Of a stretch of 32,000 nt of DNA, positions 1 through 7,699 are shown one piece after another; the stretch's first letter is position 1; every line of letters starts with the position of its first letter. A program made the translations under genes and the position numbers. The stretch covers positions 16,485 to 48,484 of the forward strand of contig USNR01000001.1 of NCBI GenBank assembly GCA_900556135.1. Reading direction: 5' to 3'. The DNA is from an uncultured Clostridium sp. (GTDB lineage: Bacteria; Bacillota; Clostridia; TANB77; CAG-508). The notes under the pieces were generated by a model. The model ran no database searches and was not told the origin of the DNA. It saw nothing but the letters and a program-made list of their open reading frames with translations.

Positions 1-374
1 TGAAGATTTATATCTTCCATTGGAGCAACTTGAGAATAACCTCCTCCAGTTGCTCCTCCTTTTATTCCAAATACTGGTCCTAAAGAAGGCTCTCTCAATG
101 CCAAAACAGCATTCTTTCCTATTCTTGTTAGTCCATCTGCTAATCCGATAGCCATTGTTGTTTTGCCTTCACCTAATGGTGTTGGATTAATTGAAGTTAC
201 TAGTATTAGCTTTCCTTCTTTTTTATTTTTTAATCTTTCTAGAATTTGCGTGTAATCTAATTTTGCTTTATACTTTCCATATTGCTCTAATTCATCTTCC
301 TTAATGTCAATTTTCTTTGCAATATTTTCAATTCTATCCAATTTTGTACTTCTTGCTATTTCAACATCTTCCAT
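1..374 (-). CDS. fhs: Formate--tetrahydrofolate ligase, N-terminal part (gene continues beyond window start)
   Basis: Manual minus-strand translation from ATG at 374-372 gives [39 protein letters not shown]...[24 protein letters not shown]...[34 protein letters not shown]. This is the conserved N-terminus and P-loop region of Fhs. The ORF is absent from the track because it is partial. Confidence 0.9.
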   Translation of the reverse strand, partial: MEDVEIARSTKLDRIENIAKKIDIKEDELEQYGKYKAKLDYTQILERLKNKKEGKLILVTSINPTPLGEGKTTMAIGLADGLTRIGKNAVLALREPSLGPVFGIKGGATGGGYSQVAPMEDINL

Positions 375-413
375 ATTTTCACGTCTCCTTCTATAAAAAT
401 TAATTTTATTCTA

Positions 414-845
414 CTAAAACACCATTCCAACAATAAATCCAATAATTGCTCCCGCAAAAACTTGTACCGGTGTATGACCTAAGGCTTCAACCAATTTTTC
501 TTTTACCTCTACATTACTAAGTCCTGGTGTATTTATTATTTCATTTAACAAATGTGCCTGTTTACCAGCTTCTCTTCTTACACCTGCAGCATCATACATT
601 ACAACACATGCAAATACTACAGACATTGCAAACATGGGTGAATTTACACCTTGGCTTCTACCTATCATTGTTGCTAAAGCAATTACAACAGCAGAATGAG
701 AACTGGGCATTCCTCCTGCTCCCATTATTCTTTTAAAATTAAATTTTTTCGTTGTAACTAAGTCCCATATCACTTTAAAAACTTGTATAAAAAACCATGT
801 TAAAAATGGAACTAAAATATATCTGTATTCTGTATAAAAATTCAT
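414..845 (-). CDS. Divergent PAP2 / DUF212 (YuiD-like) membrane protein
   Basis: 143-aa ORF with several hydrophobic helices and a GGMPSSHSA motif typical of the divergent PAP2 acid-phosphatase-related family. Confidence 0.7.
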   Translation of the reverse strand: MNFYTEYRYILVPFLTWFFIQVFKVIWDLVTTKKFNFKRIMGAGGMPSSHSAVVIALATMIGRSQGVNSPMFAMSVVFACVVMYDAAGVRREAGKQAHLLNEIINTPGLSNVEVKEKLVEALGHTPVQVFAGAIIGFIVGMVF

Positions 846-875
846 TTTTATCCCCTTTTCCTGTTTCTTAATATT

Positions 876-1106
876 TTATTCAGCAACAAAATCCTCTTCT
901 CTTATATTTCCATCTTCGTTTATTATTACTGAAATTTTCTTTTCTGCTTTATTTAATATTTCACTACATTTTTTAGACAATTGCATTCCCTCTTCAAATT
1001 TACTAACTGATTCTTCTAAAGTTAGTTTGCCATTTTCTAGTTCACCTGCAATTTCTTCTAACTTTTTCATTGACTCTTCAAAGCTTAATTCATTTTCCTT
1101 CATCAT
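876..1106 (-). CDS. xseB: Exodeoxyribonuclease VII small subunit
   Basis: 76-aa acidic helical protein (SFEESMKKLEEIAGELENGKLTLEESVSKFEEGMQLSKKC) immediately downstream of xseA. Confidence 0.85.
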   Translation of the reverse strand: MMKENELSFEESMKKLEEIAGELENGKLTLEESVSKFEEGMQLSKKCSEILNKAEKKISVIINEDGNIREEDFVAE

Positions 1107-1158
1107 TTATTCCTTATAAAATATATTTAGGTTTTTACAAAGATTATACCTATAAACT

Positions 1159-2358
1159 TTAACATATCTTACTAATTTTTGCTCCATCTGCAAATCTAAT
1201 TTCAACTTCATCATCTTTTTTTAATTGATTTGCTGATGTGACAATTTTAGTTTTTCCATCTTCTTTTATCGATGTTATGCTATATCCTCTTGTTAATGTT
1301 TTTAGAGGACTTAATGCATCTAACTTTGCAACTTCTTTTACAAACTTGGTTCTGCTCTCTTGCATTTTGCTTTGTATATAATTTTGAATATCCTTTACTT
1401 TCATATCTATAATCATATATTGTTCATTTATTTTTTGTAATGGATTTGTAAATACTTGCCTTGTCATACATTTTTCAAATGTTAATTTTGCTAATTCTAA
1501 TTTCTTTCTTAATGCTATTTTCAATCTATTATTATATTTTTCTAAATTAGTTTTAACCTCTTCTACATCCTGTACAGCTAGCTCAGTTGCTGCTGAAGGC
1601 GTTGGTGCTCTTAAATCTGCCACAAAATCTGCTATCGTAAAATCTGTTTCATGTCCCACCGCCGATATAATTGGAATTTGCGAATTATATATTGCACGCG
1701 CAACACATTCTTCATTAAAAGGCCACAAGTCTTCTAATGAACCTCCACCTCTACCAACTATCAAAACATCAGCCATTTTATTTTTGTTCATAAACTCTAT
1801 TGCCTCTACAATTTTAGCTGCTGCTGTTGGTCCTTGCACTGGAACTGGATATAATTTTATATGAACATTAGAATTTCTTCTTGTTCCAACATTTATTATA
1901 TCTCTTATAACTGCTCCTGTGCTTGCCGTTAGAACCCCAATTGTTTCTGGCATAAATGGTATTTTCTTTTTATGAGCTTCATCAAATAGCCCTTCACTAC
2001 TTAACTTTGCTTTTAACTTTTCAAATTCTTCGTAAAGATTTCCCAATCCATCTTCTTTCATAGCCTTAGCATATATTTGATAAACTCCATCTCTTTCAAA
2101 AACAGATACAGTTCCAAGTATCATAACTTTCATTCCATCTTTTGGCATAAAAGACAAATGCGTAGTATATGATTTAAACATTACGCATTTTATTAGTGAA
2201 TTTTCGTCCTTTAATGTGAAATATAGATGTCCTGTGTAATGATTTTTAAAGTTTGATATTTCTCCCTTTACTAAGACATTATTTAACATTTCATCATTTT
2301 CAAATTTATTTTTTATGTATTTATTTAAGTCTGTTACAGTTATTGGATTATATTCCAT
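1159..2358 (-). CDS. xseA: Exodeoxyribonuclease VII large subunit
   Basis: OB-fold N-terminus (VKGEISNFKNHYTGHLYFTLKD) and core motifs (GRGGGSLEDLWPFNEE, ISAVGHETDFTIADFVAD). The track ORF starts at a TTG (2373). The ATG at 2358, preceded by GGAAGGA, is the more likely start. Confidence 0.9.
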   Translation of the reverse strand: MEYNPITVTDLNKYIKNKFENDEMLNNVLVKGEISNFKNHYTGHLYFTLKDENSLIKCVMFKSYTTHLSFMPKDGMKVMILGTVSVFERDGVYQIYAKAMKEDGLGNLYEEFEKLKAKLSSEGLFDEAHKKKIPFMPETIGVLTASTGAVIRDIINVGTRRNSNVHIKLYPVPVQGPTAAAKIVEAIEFMNKNKMADVLIVGRGGGSLEDLWPFNEECVARAIYNSQIPIISAVGHETDFTIADFVADLRAPTPSAATELAVQDVEEVKTNLEKYNNRLKIALRKKLELAKLTFEKCMTRQVFTNPLQKINEQYMIIDMKVKDIQNYIQSKMQESRTKFVKEVAKLDALSPLKTLTRGYSITSIKEDGKTKIVTSANQLKKDDEVEIRFADGAKISKIC

Positions 2359-2413
2359 CTTTTTTCCTTCCAATTCCTATCTTATTAAACAATTTCATCT
2401 TTCAAACAATTCC

Positions 2414-2555
2414 AATGCATCTTATATGTTAATAATTATCGTTCTCCAGGGAACCCAGAAATTTTCCTTATGAAACTATGATAAAGACGAACATTCATAG
2501 TTAAGAGAAAATTCCAATCCCTAGCTTTCTCTAATTACTAACATATAAGAGCATT
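2414..2555 (+). repeat. Long-hairpin element, copy C1 (conserved core 2447-2523 inside a locus-specific ~24-bp outer stem)
   Basis: AATGCATCTTATATGTTAATAATTA (2414-2438) pairs with TAATTACTAACATATAAGAGCATT (2532-2555). The core CAGGGAACCCAGAAATTTTCC..ACTATGA-TAAAGACGAACAT-TCATAGT..GAGAAAATTCCAATCCCTA matches 17437-17513 directly. It matches 16860-16933 and 29079-29153 as the reverse complement. Confidence 0.8.
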
Positions 2556-2605
2556 ATAGATTTCATTATTAAATTGCACGCTTTAAAATGTCATATAATT
2601 GAATT

Positions 2606-3007
2606 TTACAAATTAGCAACAACGCTTGCTAAAACTCCATTAATAAACGAACCAGAAGATTCTTCTCCATAAACCTTTGCATAATTTACAACTTCATTTA
2701 TTACAATTTTATATGGAACTTTTTTATATTTTATTTCGTAAATTGCAAGCTTTAAAAAAGCTAAATCTATAGTTGATATTCTTTCTATAGTCCAGCCTGA
2801 CTTTAAATTATCTGATATTATTTTATTTATTTCTTCATCATTTTGTTTTATACCATTTGCAATTTCTTTAACATATTCTCTTGTTTTTGGATCTTCTATA
2901 TCATTGCTATCTAAAAATAATTTAACCTGACTCTTACTATTTTGTTTTTGAACTTCCTGGCTATATATATAGCAAAATGCAAGTTCTCTTTTTGTTTTTT
3001 CTTCCAT
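2606..3007 (-). CDS. nusB: Transcription antitermination factor NusB
   Basis: 133-aa ORF with NusB-like helices (RELAFCYIYSQEV..., WTIERISTIDLAFLKLAIYEI, INEVVNYAKVYGEESSGSFINGVL). It sits upstream of xseA as in many Firmicutes. Confidence 0.9.
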   Translation of the reverse strand: MEEKTKRELAFCYIYSQEVQKQNSKSQVKLFLDSNDIEDPKTREYVKEIANGIKQNDEEINKIISDNLKSGWTIERISTIDLAFLKLAIYEIKYKKVPYKIVINEVVNYAKVYGEESSGSFINGVLASVVANL

Positions 3008-3017
3008 CTGCTTCCCC

Positions 3018-3221
3018 TTATAATCTATCTATAAAACTCTTTAATTTTTCTTTTACATCTGTCTTGTTTTGTTGAATATAATTTCCTACAAAAATTCCAA
3101 ATGCAATAAATATAATCCATATCATTAATTCATACAAATGTGTGCATAAAATTATAATAGCAACCAAAGCTCCAATAATTGCACCTGCATATGTACTTAA
3201 AAATCTTTTTATTTCATCCAT
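3018..3221 (-). CDS. Small integral membrane protein (DUF2273-like)
   Basis: 67 aa with two hydrophobic helices. It follows the Asp23 and AmaP-like genes, the usual context of DUF2273 proteins. Confidence 0.6.
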   Translation of the reverse strand: MDEIKRFLSTYAGAIIGALVAIIILCTHLYELMIWIIFIAFGIFVGNYIQQNKTDVKEKLKSFIDRL

Positions 3222-3256
3222 ATTATATTTCCAATCCTTCCTACATGGTCAAAATA

Positions 3257-3829
3257 TTACTCTTTTACACTATTTTCATTTGTATCTATTACATTCTTTA
3301 TTCTTATGTCTATATTTTTCACTTCTAAATCTAAAGATTCTTTTATTTTTTCTTTTATTCTCATTTGTAGATTATTACTTAATTCTTTAATTACAGTATT
3401 GTTTGTAGTTTCTATTGTTAAAATAATAGACAAGTTATTTTCATTATCTAATACAACTTTAGCTTGTGAACTTTTAACACTAGAAAATCCAGAAACCACA
3501 GCATTTACCATGCTAACTAAAGTTTCTTTTGTAATCAATAATTTTCCGTCATCATTTTCTAATAAAACTCCATCATTATACGATTCTTCACTTTTGTATG
3601 CTGACTCGAAGAAAATGCTTTTTATTGCTAATAATATAAATACGCAATTTAGCCCTAATAATACATTGCATGTTACTTTATCAGCTAACACATGTGTTGC
3701 TATCATATATATAGTTGTTATATCCATCCAACCAAATATTACTAAACAACTTATAATAGAAATTAATAATATTAATACAGAAAATACTGCTAATGCTATT
3801 CTATCTAAAAACTTCATACTTAATCCCAT
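3257..3829 (-). CDS. Alkaline shock response membrane anchor protein AmaP-like
   Basis: 190 aa with N-terminal TM helices plus a soluble tail, encoded directly downstream of an Asp23-family gene. The start could also be the ATG at 3817. Confidence 0.6.
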   Translation of the reverse strand: MGLSMKFLDRIALAVFSVLILLISIISCLVIFGWMDITTIYMIATHVLADKVTCNVLLGLNCVFILLAIKSIFFESAYKSEESYNDGVLLENDDGKLLITKETLVSMVNAVVSGFSSVKSSQAKVVLDNENNLSIILTIETTNNTVIKELSNNLQMRIKEKIKESLDLEVKNIDIRIKNVIDTNENSVKE

Positions 3830-3974
3830 TCCTTTCTATGGTACACGTTATTATTGAAATAAATTTAAATTAATCAAGGAAGTTAGAAATTAATAATAAC
3901 TTCTAACATTCCCTATATGCTTATTAATTTTAAAATTCAGTCCTTTGCAGTTTGAAAATAATTAATTTTGGCTA

Positions 3975-4026
3975 GGCAAACAAACAAGAAAACCGAAGGC
4001 GTGCTTTGTGCACGTCGAGGATTTTC
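3975..4026 (-). terminator. GC-rich imperfect hairpin plus U-rich tail between asp23 and the amaP-like gene (possible attenuator or terminator)
   Basis: The minus strand reads GAAAATCCTCGACGTGC-ACAAA-GCACGCCTTCGGTTTTC followed by TTGTTTGTTTG. The stem has 5-bp apical and 5-bp basal helices around an internal loop. Confidence 0.35.
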
Positions 4027-4072
4027 GAAGTGTAGTTTAACAACGTCAAAATTGTAATTATTTTTAAACTAA

Positions 4073-4504
4073 CTACTCCTCTGTGCTTTCCTCTTCGCTT
4101 TCTTCATTACTCTCTGTATTAACACCTTGGACATGAACATTAACAGCAACAACTTTTAAGCCTGTCATTCCTTCAACAGCACTTTTAACTCTATTTTGTA
4201 TATCAAAAGCAACATCTGGAATTCTTGTTCCATATTCAACTATAATGTTAACATCTATTTTAGCTTCTTTTTCTCCAACTTCAACTTTAATTCCTTTAGC
4301 TAAATTTTTCTTTCCACTTAATACTTCTGATATTCCACCTGCAAATCCACCTGCCATTGCAAATACTCCAGGAGCTTCTGTAACTGCTTTACCTGCAATT
4401 ATAGCAACAACATCATCAGATATTTGTATTGTGCTTGTTTGTCCTTCAGAGTTTTCAACCTCTACTGCCACTTCGTTTTCTTTTACATTTTCTTCATTTT
4501 CCAT
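4073..4504 (-). CDS. Asp23/Gls24 family envelope stress protein
   Basis: Typical Asp23 core (IQISDDVVAIIAGKAVTEAPGV...VEVGEKEAKIDVNIIVEYGTRIPDVAFDIQNRVKSAVEGMTGLKV). GGAGG lies 8 nt before the ATG at 4504, so the track start at 4519 is probably too long. Confidence 0.85.
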   Translation of the reverse strand: MENEENVKENEVAVEVENSEGQTSTIQISDDVVAIIAGKAVTEAPGVFAMAGGFAGGISEVLSGKKNLAKGIKVEVGEKEAKIDVNIIVEYGTRIPDVAFDIQNRVKSAVEGMTGLKVVAVNVHVQGVNTESNEESEEESTEE

Positions 4505-4653
4505 AATATATACCTCCATATTTTTTATTTTATCTAAAATTAAAAGTTTTATTATATCTTTTAATTCTATTATAGTATATCAATATACTGCAAAATTTAC
4601 AACAAGTTTTAAAAATTTCTTACTATTCATTTTATCACATTTTATTTTTTATA

Positions 4654-6105
4654 TTACATAAATAGCGCTGGTCTAAATCCATGATATGATTGTGCTTGAT
4701 CTGGTCCACCTAAACGATATCCCGCTGGGCTTCCCTCTCCGCTATGTCTTCCAACATACGCTCCTCCTCTTCTAGTACATATAAGACTTGTACTAGATGT
4801 TTTTTCCGTTGTCCATTCCCATACATTTCCTCCCATATCATATATATTACAAACCGGTGTAGTTTGTCCCGTTGGTATTAAAACAGATTCACTTGCAGCC
4901 TTCGTTTTGCTTGCCCCTTTTATATCTTTATATGAAGTTAATCCTAAATCATTATAGTTCCCCTCTTTTGAATCCGAACCATAATTAGTCGCTTTAGTTT
5001 GAATAAAAGCTATTGCTGTATCCCAAGCATAACTACTACATAATTTTGTTTTAGCTTTATAGCCTTGTTTAGTTGCCATTCCCTCTGCTAAGGTTTGTGA
5101 TTGCGTCTTAGTTACCCAATTATATGGAACCTGACTCTTCTTCACAGTTACTGTATTACTTACAGTTGCTCCACTCACTCTCATAGTTTGTGATGCAGTA
5201 CTTTCTTTGTCTCCTGCTTCATATCTTCCTATATAATATCCTTTATATGATTCTACGCTTGCTTTCTCATCCGAAGGCATAGATTCTACATAATAGTATG
5301 TAGTATCAGCACTATTAATCTTTTCCGACTTAGTTGTTGTGTCTATTGTACCTGTAGATGTATTAATTGAATATGCAGCTCTCTTATAATCTGCTATACT
5401 TTCTACTGGTATCCACACAAACTGATTTCCGTCTTTATCTTCTATTACTATTCCGCCTGATACTTCTGTTGCTGAATCATATGCTATTTTAAATCCACTT
5501 GGAATTACTACTCTATCTTCTCCTATTAATATTGGTGTATTTACAGTTTTGCTTACCATAATATCTTTTTGTGCCTCATTTAATGAAATTGAATATGTTT
5601 TGGAGCTTATTATTGCTGTAGATTTATGGTTTTCTACATCTGTTGCTTCTACTGTAATTTCATATATTGTTGCTTCTTCTAGCCCTGTAAATGTATATGT
5701 TGTTGCTCTACTGTTTGTGCTATCTGTTTGCCAATCTCCATCTCCAATTTTGTATCTTATTACTGCAATTCCGCTTTTTGTTTCTGTAACATCAGCCTTT
5801 ACAGTAATGCTATATTTGGTTCTATCTGTAACTTTAACACTATTTATTTTTGGTGCATCTGTGTCAGCTACAACTTTTACTCCGTCTTCTGTGTATTCAT
5901 CGTCTTGTTTTAATTCATCTAATTTTGCTTGTCCTTCTTCTTGTGCTAAGGTTTGGTTTTGCTCTGTTTCTCTCATAATAGTTATCAAACCATTTTTCCC
6001 CACAGTAGTATTAAGTGTTATTCCTGCTAAAATCATTATAACCACAATAGTAATTACAAGCGCTACCAAAGTTATTCCTTTAGAATCTTTCACAATTTTT
6101 TTCAT
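4654..6105 (-). CDS. Pilin-like N-terminal helix + Fn3-like domain + FGE-sulfatase (SUMF1/C-type-lectin-like) domain surface protein
   Basis: The N-terminus MKKIVKDSKGITLVALVITIVVIMILAGITL is prepilin-like (G|ITLVA). An Fn3-like segment follows (DAPKINSVKVTDRTKYSITVKA...YEITVEATD). The C-terminal part has FGE-domain motifs: FVWIP, GYYIGRYEAG, NIYDMGGNVWEWT, RRGG and GFRPAL. Confidence 0.8.
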   Translation of the reverse strand: MKKIVKDSKGITLVALVITIVVIMILAGITLNTTVGKNGLITIMRETEQNQTLAQEEGQAKLDELKQDDEYTEDGVKVVADTDAPKINSVKVTDRTKYSITVKADVTETKSGIAVIRYKIGDGDWQTDSTNSRATTYTFTGLEEATIYEITVEATDVENHKSTAIISSKTYSISLNEAQKDIMVSKTVNTPILIGEDRVVIPSGFKIAYDSATEVSGGIVIEDKDGNQFVWIPVESIADYKRAAYSINTSTGTIDTTTKSEKINSADTTYYYVESMPSDEKASVESYKGYYIGRYEAGDKESTASQTMRVSGATVSNTVTVKKSQVPYNWVTKTQSQTLAEGMATKQGYKAKTKLCSSYAWDTAIAFIQTKATNYGSDSKEGNYNDLGLTSYKDIKGASKTKAASESVLIPTGQTTPVCNIYDMGGNVWEWTTEKTSSTSLICTRRGGAYVGRHSGEGSPAGYRLGGPDQAQSYHGFRPALFM

Positions 6106-6154
6106 CTCATGTTCCTTTCTCTACATATTATCTCACTATCTAAAGTGACTTAAT

Positions 6155-7138
6155 CTATTCAAAGATGCTTCCCGCTTCTATGCTATTTCCTCTTAAAAAT
6201 TCTTTTATATCCATCTTTCTAGAATTTTCTCCTTGTATTTCCGTCACCGAAATTATACCATTGTTTGCTTTAATATACAACCCCTGTTTTGGATTTGAAA
6301 ACAAAACAGTACCTGGTTCTAATTTTACAACATTGCCTTTATATTCTTCTAGTTCCTTATTTTCTTCTATCAGCTTGTCCAAAGAAAGTACTTCTACCTT
6401 CCAAAACTTTATTTTCTTATCCTTTAAATGCGAATATGCACCCATTATAGGATTTAGCCCCCTTACAAGATTCTTTATTTCTTCTGCTGACTTATTTTGC
6501 CAGTCTATTTTTGCCATTTCTTTAGAAAGCATAGGTGCCATTGTAAATTCTTCTGGTTGTTTTGTTCTTGTTACTGTTCCTGCCTCTATTTCTTTTAAAG
6601 TTTTTACTAATAATTCCCCACCTATTTTACTTAGTCTTTGCCATAATTCTCCTGTAGTTTCATTTTCTCCAATTTTCACCTCTTGCTTAAGAATCATGTC
6701 ACCAGTATCCATGCCTTCATCCATATACATTGTTGTAATTCCTGTTTTTTTATCGCCATTTAGAACAGCCCATTGTATTGGAGCAGCCCCTCTATATTGT
6801 GGTAAAAGAGAGCCATGAACATTTATACATCCTAATTTAGGTATCTCTAATATTTCTTTAGGTAAAATTTTTCCATATGCAACAACACATATAACATCTG
6901 GATTTAACTTTCTAATCTCATCAATAAATTCTGTGTTATTTCTTACTTTTATAGGCTGAAATATTTTTAAGCCTTGCATTTCAGCATATTCTTTAACCGG
7001 AGATGGAATAAGTTTCATTCCTCTTCCTTTAGGTTTATCTGGATTGGTAACAACCCCGATTATGTTATATTTTGCTTCTACCAAACTTTTTAATGATTCC
7101 ATTGCAAAATCTGGCGTCCCCATAAATAATATGTTCAT
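6155..7138 (-). CDS. fmt: Methionyl-tRNA formyltransferase
   Basis: MNILFMGTPDFA..., HGSLLPQYRGAAPIQWAVLNGDKKTGITTM, in the def-fmt gene order. Confidence 0.95.
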   Translation of the reverse strand: MNILFMGTPDFAMESLKSLVEAKYNIIGVVTNPDKPKGRGMKLIPSPVKEYAEMQGLKIFQPIKVRNNTEFIDEIRKLNPDVICVVAYGKILPKEILEIPKLGCINVHGSLLPQYRGAAPIQWAVLNGDKKTGITTMYMDEGMDTGDMILKQEVKIGENETTGELWQRLSKIGGELLVKTLKEIEAGTVTRTKQPEEFTMAPMLSKEMAKIDWQNKSAEEIKNLVRGLNPIMGAYSHLKDKKIKFWKVEVLSLDKLIEENKELEEYKGNVVKLEPGTVLFSNPKQGLYIKANNGIISVTEIQGENSRKMDIKEFLRGNSIEAGSIFE

Positions 7139-7174
7139 AAAATCTCATTCCTTTCTCACTTTTAAGTATATGAA

Positions 7175-7654
7175 TTATTGCTCTTTAGGTTCAACATACT
7201 CTAATGTTCCTGGTTCCATTTTATCCACAAAAAGTATTCCATTTAAATGGTCTATTTCGTGTGATAATGCTTGTGCTAATAAGTCTTTTGCAACTATTTT
7301 TACTTTTTCTCCATTCTCGTTAAGAGCAGTTACTATTACTTCTTTAGGTCTTATTAATTTTGCATATTGATTAGGAAAACTCAAGCATCCTTCTTCAACT
7401 TCTTGTACACCTTTTTCTTTAACAATTTCTGGATTTACTAATTTTAAAGGTGGCTCCCCGTCATACAAATCTATAACAATTACTCTTTTTAAAATTCCAA
7501 CTTGAGGTGCAGCTAACCCTACACCATTATATTCATGCATAGTTTCTACCATATCTTCTAATAATACTTTTATTCTGTCATCTACCTCTTCTACAACTCT
7601 GCAATTCTTTCTTAATATTTCATCTCCAGATAATCTTATTTCTCTTATTGCCAT
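7175..7654 (-). CDS. def: Peptide deformylase
   Basis: GVGLAAPQVG, EGCLSFP and HEIDHLNG motifs. Confidence 0.95.
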   Translation of the reverse strand: MAIREIRLSGDEILRKNCRVVEEVDDRIKVLLEDMVETMHEYNGVGLAAPQVGILKRVIVIDLYDGEPPLKLVNPEIVKEKGVQEVEEGCLSFPNQYAKLIRPKEVIVTALNENGEKVKIVAKDLLAQALSHEIDHLNGILFVDKMEPGTLEYVEPKEQ

Positions 7655-7699
7655 TTTTTAATTCCTCCTTACTTATTCTGAATGATAACAATAATACTT

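Noticed and set aside
3306-6818. Other long plus-strand ORFs (3306-3857, 4245-4661, 5549-6148, 6165-6818; also 15249-15746, 29759-30238 and others)
   Set aside because: Each lies entirely antisense to a minus-strand gene with clear family motifs. The products are hydrophobic or low-complexity with no motifs. In an AT-rich genome antisense frames often stay open.
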